From Betaproteobacteria bacterium (GTDB lineage Bacteria; Pseudomonadota; Gammaproteobacteria; Burkholderiales; Casimicrobiaceae), in the NCBI GenBank assembly GCA_040007035.1, contig JBDTVU010000004.1:3232-67231 (forward strand): a stretch of DNA of 64,000 nucleotides, in the 5' to 3' direction. Made by a program: the position numbers and the translations under genes. The notes under the pieces are model-generated. The model worked only from the letters and a program-made list of their open reading frames with translations, was not told the origin of the DNA and searched no databases. Positions 10,412-18,762 of this stretch are shown here, one piece after another (the stretch's first letter is position 1; the number at the start of each line of letters is the position of its first letter).

Positions 10412-12556
10412 CTACGCTGCCTTCGGCGCCGGGAACACGAGCATCACGCGCGCACCGCGCGGAGACAGGTTGGAGAGCTCGACGCGTCCATGGTGCTCCT
10501 CGATGATTTTCTTCACGATCGCGAGCCCGAGCCCCGTGCCTTTCGCCTTAGTCGTCACGTACGGCTCGAACGCTCGCTGCAGCACGTCGGCGGCGAATCC
10601 GGCGCCTGCGTCGGAAAACGACAGCGCGACCTCGTCGCCACTGCCCGCGAGCGCGATCTCGTAGCACGGATCGGCGACGTCGGCCTGCGCGTCGATCGCA
10701 TTCCGGAGGAGGTTGTGGAACACCTGGCGCAGGCGGGTCGGTTCGCCGTGGATCACGAGCGGCTCGGGGGGAAGGGACAACAGAACGTGCGGCCGCAGAT
10801 TGTCGTACAACGCGAGCACGTCGAGCAAGAGGGCGGACAGGTCGACCGCCTGCATCGTCCCCGGGCGCGGCTGGCGCGCGTAGACGGCGAAGTCGTCGAC
10901 CATCTGCTTCATCGCGGCGACCTGGGCGATGATCGTGTGCGCGCCGCGCTTCAGTATCTCCTGATCCGGCGCTTCGAGCTTCGGCGCCAGCTTGACCTCC
11001 AGCCGCTCGGCCGAGAGCTGGATCGGCGTCAGCGGGTTCTTGATCTCGTGCGCGAGCCGCCGCGCGACCTCGGCCCACGCGGCGTCGCGCTGCGCCTGCG
11101 CGAGGTCGGTCACGTCGTCGAACACGACGACGTAGCCGGCGACGGGCGTCACCGGCAGCCGCGAACCGCGCAGCAGAAGCGCGCGAGTCAGCGTCGCCAC
11201 CGCGAGTTCCGCCTGCTTCTGCCACTGCCCGTCGCGGCTCGCGCGGAACGCTTCGGCGACGAGGCCGGCGAACGGCGCCAGCGCCGGCAGCTTGCGACCC
11301 CAGTCGGCCAGCGCCGTCCCGGTGAGCTCGGTCAGCGGCTGCTGCAGGATCACCGCCGCGCTTGCGTTTGCCGTCCGCAGCCGATACCGATCGTCGAACG
11401 CGAGCACACCGGCCGACAGGTTGCCGAGGATGCTCTCGAGGTACGCGCGCGTGGTCTCGATCGCGCGGCGGCCCTCCTCGGTCTTCTGCTGCGCCTCGGC
11501 GAGCTGCGCCGTCATCGTGTTGAACGATTCGGTCAGCACGCCGAGCTCGTCCTTCGAGGTGACCGGCTGCCGCCGCGTGAAGTCGCCCTGCGCCACCGCA
11601 CGCGTGCCCTCGGCCAGCAGCCCGAGCGGCGCCGAGAAGCGCTCCGACAGCACGACGGCGAGCCCGAGCGCCGAAGTGAGCGCCAGCAGCAGCGTCAGCG
11701 TCAGCGTCAGCGCGTACAGGCGCCGGAGCGCCTGGCGCGAGAACGAGATCTCCTGATAGTCGCGCGAGCCGGCCTGCACCTTCTCGATGTCCTGCCCCAA
11801 CCCCTTCGGCACCAGCTCGACGACCTGCAGCACCTTCAACGGCTCGAGCCGGTCGTCGCTGTTGACCGGGACCACGACGCGCAGCCGCAGCGCGCCCTCC
11901 CCCGCCTGCTCGACCGCGGAAAAGGTCTGCTGCAGCCGCGCCCGCCGCAGCGCCTGCGCCGGCGGCGGCTCGGGCGTCGCCGTCGAACCGCTGGTGCCGG
12001 CGACGGCCAGCACGGCGCCGCCCGACGAGAACAGCGCCGCCTCGTAGACGCCGGCCTGCTCGGCCGCACGATTGAGGCGCGTCGCCACGCCGGCGATGCC
12101 GGGTTCCGCCATCGTCAGCGCGATCTGGCCGGCTTTGTTCGCGGTGTCCTTCAGCAGGAAGTCGAGTGCGCCTCGGCCGAGGTTCAATCCACCTTCGAGC
12201 GCACGGTCGACGCGGACGTCGAACCAGCTCTCGATGCTGCGGCCGAGGAACTGCACCGACACTGCGTAGACGAGCGCGCCCGGCAGCACGGCGACCAGCG
12301 CGAACAGGAACACCAACCGCACCGCGAGCCGGGAGCCGAACACACCGCGCTTGAGGTTGCGTCGCAGCCGCCAGAGCTGGTAGCCGACGATCAGCATCAG
12401 CAGCACGACCATCGCGCCGTTGACCACCAGCAGGACGTCGTAGCGCCCGGCGAAGAGTTCGGTGTTGGCCGACGCCGTCGCCAGCAGGAACAGCGTGATC
12501 GCGCCGAGGCACGCGAACGCGAGCAGCAGCCAGCGCACGCCACGCGGCGGCAGCAT
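10412..12556 (-). CDS. ntrY: NtrY-like membrane sensor histidine kinase (HAMP-PAS-HisKA-HATPase)
   Basis: H-box HEIKNPLTPIQLSAERL, G1 DAGAGF, G2 GTGLGLAIVKKIIEEHHG and N-terminal TM segments. The start at reverse ATG 12556 (MLPPRG...) avoids overlapping the upstream gene; the track start 12607 is an alternative. Confidence 0.8.
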   Translation of the reverse strand: MLPPRGVRWLLLAFACLGAITLFLLATASANTELFAGRYDVLLVVNGAMVVLLMLIVGYQLWRLRRNLKRGVFGSRLAVRLVFLFALVAVLPGALVYAVSVQFLGRSIESWFDVRVDRALEGGLNLGRGALDFLLKDTANKAGQIALTMAEPGIAGVATRLNRAAEQAGVYEAALFSSGGAVLAVAGTSGSTATPEPPPAQALRRARLQQTFSAVEQAGEGALRLRVVVPVNSDDRLEPLKVLQVVELVPKGLGQDIEKVQAGSRDYQEISFSRQALRRLYALTLTLTLLLALTSALGLAVVLSERFSAPLGLLAEGTRAVAQGDFTRRQPVTSKDELGVLTESFNTMTAQLAEAQQKTEEGRRAIETTRAYLESILGNLSAGVLAFDDRYRLRTANASAAVILQQPLTELTGTALADWGRKLPALAPFAGLVAEAFRASRDGQWQKQAELAVATLTRALLLRGSRLPVTPVAGYVVVFDDVTDLAQAQRDAAWAEVARRLAHEIKNPLTPIQLSAERLEVKLAPKLEAPDQEILKRGAHTIIAQVAAMKQMVDDFAVYARQPRPGTMQAVDLSALLLDVLALYDNLRPHVLLSLPPEPLVIHGEPTRLRQVFHNLLRNAIDAQADVADPCYEIALAGSGDEVALSFSDAGAGFAADVLQRAFEPYVTTKAKGTGLGLAIVKKIIEEHHGRVELSNLSPRGARVMLVFPAPKAA

Positions 12557-12561
12557 CCGGT

Positions 12562-13173
12562 TCACGGCGTAAAGCTCCAGCGGTGCCAGTCGGAGCCGAG
12601 CGTCCACTCGCGCGAGGCCAGCGCATTCACCTGGAACGGCTTCGGCAACTGGTTGCCGTCGAGCCGCAGCCTGACCGCGGCTTCGTAGCGGACGCCTTTG
12701 GCCAGCTGGTCGCGCCGGGCCACCGGGCGCGACGTGACGCGCGACAGCAGGCGCTCGACTTCGTCCAGCGAATTGAACGTCTGCCCGAGCAGCCCGCTCG
12801 ATGCGCGATACGTCCGCGTCAGCGCGTTATACGAGAGGCGGTACTGCGTGGTGTACGACAGCACCTTCTCGTCGAGCCAGTACCAGCGGGGCCGCAGCAC
12901 CTCGAATTCGAGCAGAAAGTAGAGCGGGATGCCCTTCTGCAGCGCCTCATCGAGCGTCGGGTTGATCGCGAGCTCGAATTCGGCGTTGAGGTCCCACGAA
13001 TCGTCCTCCGCGCGAAGCTCCGCGGACCGAACGACGATCGAGTCGGCGCGGGCCGGCGACGGCGCAAGCGTCCCGGCGAACGCGAGCAGCGCTGCGAGCG
13101 CGTGCACCAGCGCCCGCGCAAGCGACGGTCGGGCAGTTGGGGCACGGGCGGCGTGGAGGGTCGCGGAAGGCAT
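12562..13173 (-). CDS. DUF4390-like exported protein
   Basis: Reverse ATG at 13173 gives a signal peptide, MPSATLHAARAPTARPSLARALVHALAALLAFAGTLAPSPARA. The family assignment is from memory of the ntrY-adjacent DUF4390 gene, not from a search. Confidence 0.6.
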   Translation of the reverse strand: MPSATLHAARAPTARPSLARALVHALAALLAFAGTLAPSPARADSIVVRSAELRAEDDSWDLNAEFELAINPTLDEALQKGIPLYFLLEFEVLRPRWYWLDEKVLSYTTQYRLSYNALTRTYRASSGLLGQTFNSLDEVERLLSRVTSRPVARRDQLAKGVRYEAAVRLRLDGNQLPKPFQVNALASREWTLGSDWHRWSFTP

Positions 13174-13255
13174 GCCGGCGGTGGAAGCGACGGGCGCAGG
13201 GGCAACGCGGCCACCGGCGTCGCAGCGGGCGAACGCGGCAGGGCGCGCCCCGCCG

Positions 13256-14557
13256 TCAGGCCTTGCGGAGCAGGGCGTAGAAAAACCCGTCCTGATTGTG
13301 GCCCGCGCCGGGCAACGAAGGCAAGAGTTGGCCGTCGCGCCGGGCCACGGAGGCCGCAAAGGTGAGGGATTCGCGCAACGCATCGCCGTGGCGGCCGAGA
13401 AACGCGTCGACCTGCACCGCGTTCTCATTGGCGAACATCGAGCACGTCGCGTAGAGAAGCTTTCCCCCCGGCGCGAGGCAGCCCCACAGCGCATCCAGCA
13501 GGCGCGCCTGCTGCCGGGCGAAGCCCGCAATGTCCGTCTCGCGGCGCAGCCACTTGCCGTCCGGGTGGCGGCGGACGACGCCGGAGGCGGTGCACGGAAC
13601 GTCGGCGACGATGCGGTCGAACGGGCGGCCGTCCCACCATGTCTCCGGCGTACCCGCGTCGGCGGCGACGATCCGGACGCGCTCGCTGTCGAGTTTCAGT
13701 CGGGCCAGATTCTCGCGGACGCGCACGAGGCGCGCCTCGCTCTCGTCCAGCGCGACGAGCTCGACGTCGGCGAGCTCGAGCAGGTGCGTCGTCTTGCCCC
13801 CGGGCGCCGCGCAGGCGTCGAGAACGCGCATGCCGCTCACGGCGTCGACGAGCGGCGCCGCGATCTGCGCGCCCAGGTCCTGGACGGAGAACGCGCCCTC
13901 CGCGTAGCCGGGCAACGTCGGTACCGGCCGCGGCGGATCGACGACGAGGCCCGCGTCACCGGCCACCGTCGCGACGAGGTGCGCTGCCGAGAACTCCGCC
14001 AGCAACGCGTCGCGCGTCGTCACCCGCCGATTGACGCGCAGCGCGAGCGGCGGCCGCTCGTTGCCGGCGGCGAGTATCGCTTCCCAGTCGTCGGGATACT
14101 CGGCGGCGAGCCGCCGGATCCACCACGCCGGATGCGAATAGCGTGCGACGGGGTCAACGCGCACCGCCGCGGCGAGACCTTCGCGCTCGCGCAGGTAGCG
14201 CCGCAGCAGCGCGTTGACCAGGCCTTTCGCCGCCGGCCGCGCGATCGCCGCGGCAGCGTTCACCGCATGGTCGACGACGGCGAACGGCGGCGCGCGCGTG
14301 TGGTCGAGCTGATAGAGGGCGACCGCCACCAGGCACGGCAACGCGGGGTCCGCGAACGGCTTTGCGGCCAGCCGGCGGGTGAGCGCCTCCAGCATTCCCC
14401 AGTGCCGCAACGTGCCGTAGGCGAGTTCCTGCACCAGCGACCGCCGGCGGCCGGCAGCGTCGTCGCCGGCGGGCGCGTCCGCCAGCGCGACGGGCAGCGT
14501 CGCGCCGTCGAGCACACGGCGCACCGCGAGCGCCGCCAGTTGCTGGGCCTGCTGCAT
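13256..14557 (-). CDS. rsmB: 16S rRNA (cytosine967-C5)-methyltransferase
   Basis: NusB-like N-terminus, SAM motif DACAAPGGKT, and catalytic Cys motifs PCTASGVVRRHPD and YATCS. Confidence 0.9.
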   Translation of the reverse strand: MQQAQQLAALAVRRVLDGATLPVALADAPAGDDAAGRRRSLVQELAYGTLRHWGMLEALTRRLAAKPFADPALPCLVAVALYQLDHTRAPPFAVVDHAVNAAAAIARPAAKGLVNALLRRYLREREGLAAAVRVDPVARYSHPAWWIRRLAAEYPDDWEAILAAGNERPPLALRVNRRVTTRDALLAEFSAAHLVATVAGDAGLVVDPPRPVPTLPGYAEGAFSVQDLGAQIAAPLVDAVSGMRVLDACAAPGGKTTHLLELADVELVALDESEARLVRVRENLARLKLDSERVRIVAADAGTPETWWDGRPFDRIVADVPCTASGVVRRHPDGKWLRRETDIAGFARQQARLLDALWGCLAPGGKLLYATCSMFANENAVQVDAFLGRHGDALRESLTFAASVARRDGQLLPSLPGAGHNQDGFFYALLRKA

Positions 14558-14574
14558 CGCGCGGACTCAGCCGC

Positions 14575-14715
14575 TCACCGCGGCGCCAGCGCGAGCCGCC
14601 GCCGGACGCGCTCCGCCGTCGACGGGTGCGTCGCGAACACGCCCGCCACCCCACCGCCGGACAGCGGGTTGACGATCATCATCTGCGCGGTCGCTGGATG
14701 CGCGTCGGCCGCCAT
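14575..14715 (-). pseudogene. 46-codon remnant resembling the C-terminus of an M48 (HtpX-type) protease
   Basis: My own translation of the 158-nt fmt-rsmB spacer is [46 protein letters not shown]. It matches the conserved HtpX tail pattern (..mfI.NP.....lFsTHPp.eeRi.rL). Its ATG directly abuts the fmt TGA, in the same frame. Confidence 0.45.
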
Positions 14716-15669
14716 TCAGGCCCCCGACACTGTGAATTGCACGCCTTGCACCAGCCGCCGGCCGGCGACGAACGCCGCGGCGTCCATCCGTCGGCTGCCG
14801 GCCGGCTGCAGTTCGGTCAGCGAGAGCGCCCCCTCGCCGCAGGCCACGACGATCGCCTTCCCGGACGTCGCCAGCACCGTTCCCGGCGCCGCGCCGGTCC
14901 CGCCGGCGCCGGCGACCGGCTCGGCGCGCCACAGCTTGACCGCTTCGCCACCGAGCATGGTGAACGCGCCCGGCGCCGGGTCGAGCGCACGGATCCGGCG
15001 GTCGATCGCGGTGGCGGTGTCGCGCCAGTCGATCGCCGCGTCGGCGCGGTCGAGCTTGGCCGCGTACGTCGCGCCCTCCGCCGGCTGCGGCGTCGCGGCG
15101 AGCCGGCCGTCACGATCGAGCCGCGCCAGCGTCGCGACGATCGCCGCCGCCGCGGCGTCCGCGAGCAGCGCCGTCAGCGACCCGGCAGTGGCCCGCGGCG
15201 GGATCGCGACGTGAACGGTGTCGATCATCGGTCCGGTGTCGAGGCCGGCGTCCATCTGCATTACCGTGATCCCGGTCTCGCCGTCACCCGCGAGCAGCGC
15301 GCGCTGGATCGGCGCGGCGCCGCGCCATCGCGGCAGCAGCGACGCGTGGAGGTTGATGCCGCCGTGCCGCGGCCATGCGAGGATCGCCGGCGGCAGGATG
15401 AGGCCGTACGCGGCGACGACCAGCACGTCGACCGGGACGGCGACGACCGGCGCCCGCGCGTCGTCGGGCTTCAGCGTCGGCGGCTGCATCACCGTGAGAC
15501 TTCGCTCGACCGCCATCGCCTTGACCGGACCCGGCGCGAGCTGCAAGCCCCGCCCGCGCGGGCGGTCGGGCTGGGTCAGCACCAGCGGGACGGCGTGCCC
15601 GGCGTCGAGGATGGCGGCAAGCGCCGTCGCCGCGAAGTCCGGCGTGCCGGCGAAACCGACGGTCAGCAC
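14716..15669 (-). CDS. fmt: Methionyl-tRNA formyltransferase
   Basis: HASLLPRWRGAAPIQRA motif, 317 aa, located downstream of def. Confidence 0.9.
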   Translation of the reverse strand: MLTVGFAGTPDFAATALAAILDAGHAVPLVLTQPDRPRGRGLQLAPGPVKAMAVERSLTVMQPPTLKPDDARAPVVAVPVDVLVVAAYGLILPPAILAWPRHGGINLHASLLPRWRGAAPIQRALLAGDGETGITVMQMDAGLDTGPMIDTVHVAIPPRATAGSLTALLADAAAAAIVATLARLDRDGRLAATPQPAEGATYAAKLDRADAAIDWRDTATAIDRRIRALDPAPGAFTMLGGEAVKLWRAEPVAGAGGTGAAPGTVLATSGKAIVVACGEGALSLTELQPAGSRRMDAAAFVAGRRLVQGVQFTVSGA

Positions 15670-15679
15670 GGCCGCCGCG

Positions 15680-16183
15680 TCAACCCGCGAGCCGCTGCTT
15701 CTTGCGCGCCCGGGCCGACAGCCGCGCGCGCTTCAGCGGCGAGAGATGATCGACGAACACCTTGCCGCCGAGATGGTCGATCTCGTGCTGGATGCACACG
15801 GCGAGCATGCCTTCGGCGTCGAACTCGAACGGCGCGCCGTGCAGGTCGAGCGCGCGGACCCGGACCCGCGCGGCACGGGTCACCCTGTCGTAGTAGCCGG
15901 GCACTGACAGGCAGCCTTCCTCGTTTTCCGCCTCACCCTCGGCCGACAGAATTTTTGGGTTGATGTAGACGCGCAGGTCGTCGCGCGTCTCGGACAGGTC
16001 CATGACGATCACCCGCTTCGGCACGTCGACCTGCGTCGCGGCGAGGCCGATCCCGGGGGCGGCGTACATCGTCTCGGCCATGTCGCGGACGAGCTTGCGG
16101 ATCTCCGGGGTGACGGCAACCACCGCGGTGGCGACCTTCCGCAGACGGGGATCCGGGTACTCGAGTATGTTGAGCAGCGCCAT
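15680..16183 (-). CDS. def: Peptide deformylase
   Basis: The three deformylase motifs [14 protein letters not shown] and HEIDHL. Start [14 protein letters not shown] at reverse ATG 16183. Confidence 0.9.
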   Translation of the reverse strand: MALLNILEYPDPRLRKVATAVVAVTPEIRKLVRDMAETMYAAPGIGLAATQVDVPKRVIVMDLSETRDDLRVYINPKILSAEGEAENEEGCLSVPGYYDRVTRAARVRVRALDLHGAPFEFDAEGMLAVCIQHEIDHLGGKVFVDHLSPLKRARLSARARKKQRLAG

Positions 16184-16254
16184 CGGCGGTCGTGGATCGG
16201 GATGTCGCGCCGGGCGCATTCCGGGACGTCCCCAGGGGGGTCGGAAGGCCTGGC

Positions 16255-16283
16255 TTGCAAAATGCAGACTCGGGATGCAGAAT
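16255..16283 (+). promoter_or_regulatory. Sigma70-type promoter candidate for the LysM gene
   Basis: TTGCAA (16255-16260), a 17-nt spacer, then CAGAAT (16278-16283), within the def / LysM divergent spacer. Confidence 0.3.
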
Positions 16284-16352
16284 CTGCCCTAAGCCCTTAT
16301 TTTGCGGCAGTTTAGGACGTTAGCAAGGCCCGCCCCTACCGGAAGAGGCTAT

Positions 16353-17462
16353 ATGCGTCAGAAGTTTAGCATATCGATGCGCCTTGCCGCGACCGCGGCC
16401 GCGTTGCTCGGGTTGTGCACGGTTATGGCCGCCGCGCCGGCGAGTGCCGACGAGATCGCGCTCAACCCGCAGGTCCCCGATCGCTACACGGTGAAGAAGG
16501 GCGACACGTTGTGGGGGATCTCCGGCCGCTTCCTCAAGGACCCGTGGCGCTGGCCCGACATCTGGCGGTTGAACCGCGACGAGATCCGCAACCCGCACCG
16601 GATCTACCCGGGCGACGTCATCGTCCTCGACAAGCAGGACGGCCAGTGGCGACTCAGCGTCGAGACACCGGCGGTCAGGCTGTCGCCGGAGGTGCGCGCC
16701 TCCGCGATCGACGCCAACGCGATCCCGAGCATCCCGCCCGGGGACATCGAGGCCTATCTCACGCAACCGCTGATCACCGGCGTCGACGGCCTCGCCGGCG
16801 CGCCGGAAATCGTCGCCGGCCGCGATCCGCGCGTCGTGCGCGGGAACGGCGACGTCGTCTACGTGGCCGGGCTCGATCCCAAGGCCGGCGACCTCTGGTA
16901 CATCTACCGCAAGGGCCGCACGTTCACGCCGCTCGAGAGCGACGCGTTCCTCGGCGAGGAGCAGCGCTTCCTCGGCAAGCTGAAGATCGAGCGCTTCGCC
17001 GACGTGTCGACGGGGCGCATCGCCTCGGCCAGCGAGGAGATCTTCGTCGGCGACAAGCTGGTGCCGGCGCCGCGCGAGCAACTGATCAACTACGCGCCGC
17101 ATGCGCCGCAGAACGCCGTCAACGGCCGCATCATCGCGCTGGGTCGCGACTCGGTCGAGGTCGGGCGCGGCTGGGTCGTCACGATCGACAAGGGGAAGTC
17201 CGACGGCATCGACGTCGGCACCGTGCTGGCGATCTACCGCGTCGTGGCGCCGATCCAGGATCCGCGGCCGTCGAAGGAGCCCGACCGGATCAGGCAACTG
17301 CTCGAGCAGACGAAGTTCTACCAGCCCGAGCGGCTGATCAACGTGCCCGACGAGCGCACCGGGCTCCTGTTCGTGTTCCGCGTGTTCGATTTCGTTTCGT
17401 ACGGGATCGTCCTCAACACGACGGACCCGGTCAACGTCGGCGACTACGTGCGCAAGCCGTAG
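16353..17462 (+). CDS. LysM peptidoglycan-binding domain protein (exported)
   Basis: Signal peptide MRQKFSISMRLAATAAALLGLCTVMAAAPASA, then LysM motif YTVKKGDTLWGISGRFLKDPWRWPDIWRLN...IYPGDVIVL. Confidence 0.7.
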   Translation: MRQKFSISMRLAATAAALLGLCTVMAAAPASADEIALNPQVPDRYTVKKGDTLWGISGRFLKDPWRWPDIWRLNRDEIRNPHRIYPGDVIVLDKQDGQWRLSVETPAVRLSPEVRASAIDANAIPSIPPGDIEAYLTQPLITGVDGLAGAPEIVAGRDPRVVRGNGDVVYVAGLDPKAGDLWYIYRKGRTFTPLESDAFLGEEQRFLGKLKIERFADVSTGRIASASEEIFVGDKLVPAPREQLINYAPHAPQNAVNGRIIALGRDSVEVGRGWVVTIDKGKSDGIDVGTVLAIYRVVAPIQDPRPSKEPDRIRQLLEQTKFYQPERLINVPDERTGLLFVFRVFDFVSYGIVLNTTDPVNVGDYVRKP

Positions 17463-17512
17463 CGCGCGGCCATCCCACCCGCCGCCGGCCCGGCGGCGCA
17501 CTCCGTTCCGCG

Positions 17513-18601
17513 ATGAAGATCGACGCCCGCGCCGAGGCCTGGGCGGCGCTGCACGCGCGCGGCATCGGGCCGCGCCCGCTGGTCGACCTGCTGCGGGCGT
17601 TCGGCGGCCCCGAGGCCGTGCTCGCGGCGAGCCCGGCGGCGCGGCGCGCGGTCGTGCCTGTGGCCGCCGCTCGCCTCGTCGACGCGGCACCGGACCCCGC
17701 CCGGCACGCGGCGACGCTCGACTGGCTCGCCAGCCCGGAGCACGGGCTGGTCGCCTGGGACGACGCCGACTACCCGCCGCCGCTGCTCGAGATCGGCGAT
17801 CCGCCACCGGTGCTCTTCTGCCTCGGCCGACGTGAACTCCTTGCCCGTCCCGCATTCGCGATCATCGGCAGCCGCAACGCGACGCCGCAAGGCGAGGCCG
17901 ATGCGTTCGCCTTCGCCGCCGCGCTGTCCGCCGCCGGGCTGGCGATCGTCAGCGGCCTGGCGGTCGGCATAGACGCGGCGGCGCACCGCGGAGGGCTGTC
18001 GCAACCGGGTAGCAGCCTCGCCGTCGTCGGCACCGGCCTCGATCGCGTCTATCCGGCGAAGAACCGCGATCTCGCGCACGAACTGGCCGCGCACGGACTC
18101 ATCGTTTCCGAATTCGCGCCGGGTACGCCGCCGCTGCGTGCGAACTTTCCCCGTCGCAACCGGCTGGTAAGCGGGCTCGCGCGCGGCGTCCTCGTCGTCG
18201 AGGCGACGCTGTCGTCCGGCTCGCTCATTACCGCGCGGCTCGCCGGCGAGCAGGGGCGCGAAGTGTTCGCGGTGCCTGGGTCGATCCACTCGCCGTTCGC
18301 CAAAGGCTGCCACAAGCTGATCCGCGACGGCGCCAAGCTGGTCGAAACCGCGCAGGACATCCTCGACGAACTGCGGATCGCGCGCCCGGCGGCGATGCCT
18401 GGCGTCGCCGCCGCCGGCGCCGCGCTGACGGCGACCGAAGCCGCGATCGTCACCGCGCTGGGTCACACGCCCGCGGGGATCGACACGATCGCCGGCCGCA
18501 CCGGCCTGCCCGCCGAGACGATCGCCGCGACGCTGCTGGGGCTCGAGTTCGCCGGCCGCGTCGCGCCGATGCCCGGCGGGCTCTGGCAGCGGCTGGGCTG
18601 A
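17513..18601 (+). CDS. dprA: DNA-processing protein DprA (Smf)
   Basis: Rossmann-like core GSRNATPQGEADAFAFAAALSAAGLAIVSGLAVGIDAAAHRG. ATG at 17513 lies inside a longer spurious track ORF. Confidence 0.85.
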   Translation: MKIDARAEAWAALHARGIGPRPLVDLLRAFGGPEAVLAASPAARRAVVPVAAARLVDAAPDPARHAATLDWLASPEHGLVAWDDADYPPPLLEIGDPPPVLFCLGRRELLARPAFAIIGSRNATPQGEADAFAFAAALSAAGLAIVSGLAVGIDAAAHRGGLSQPGSSLAVVGTGLDRVYPAKNRDLAHELAAHGLIVSEFAPGTPPLRANFPRRNRLVSGLARGVLVVEATLSSGSLITARLAGEQGREVFAVPGSIHSPFAKGCHKLIRDGAKLVETAQDILDELRIARPAAMPGVAAAGAALTATEAAIVTALGHTPAGIDTIAGRTGLPAETIAATLLGLEFAGRVAPMPGGLWQRLG

Positions 18602-18706
18602 CCGCGCCCGAAGCTGCCTGTCACACGCCACTCGCGCGCGGGCGCCCTCGCGTGCGTGCGCCCCCACGGGCGGGCGCGCGTTAGGCCGCTTCGGCCAAAG
18701 GTTTTC

Positions 18707-18736
18707 TTGCCGCAGCCGGATTTACTTCGGTACTAT
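18707..18736 (+). promoter_or_regulatory. Sigma70-type promoter candidate for the topoisomerase gene
   Basis: TTGCCG (18707-18712), an 18-nt spacer, then TACTAT (18731-18736). Confidence 0.3.
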
Positions 18737-18762
18737 CTGCCGCTCTTCGCGTCGCCTTCCCC

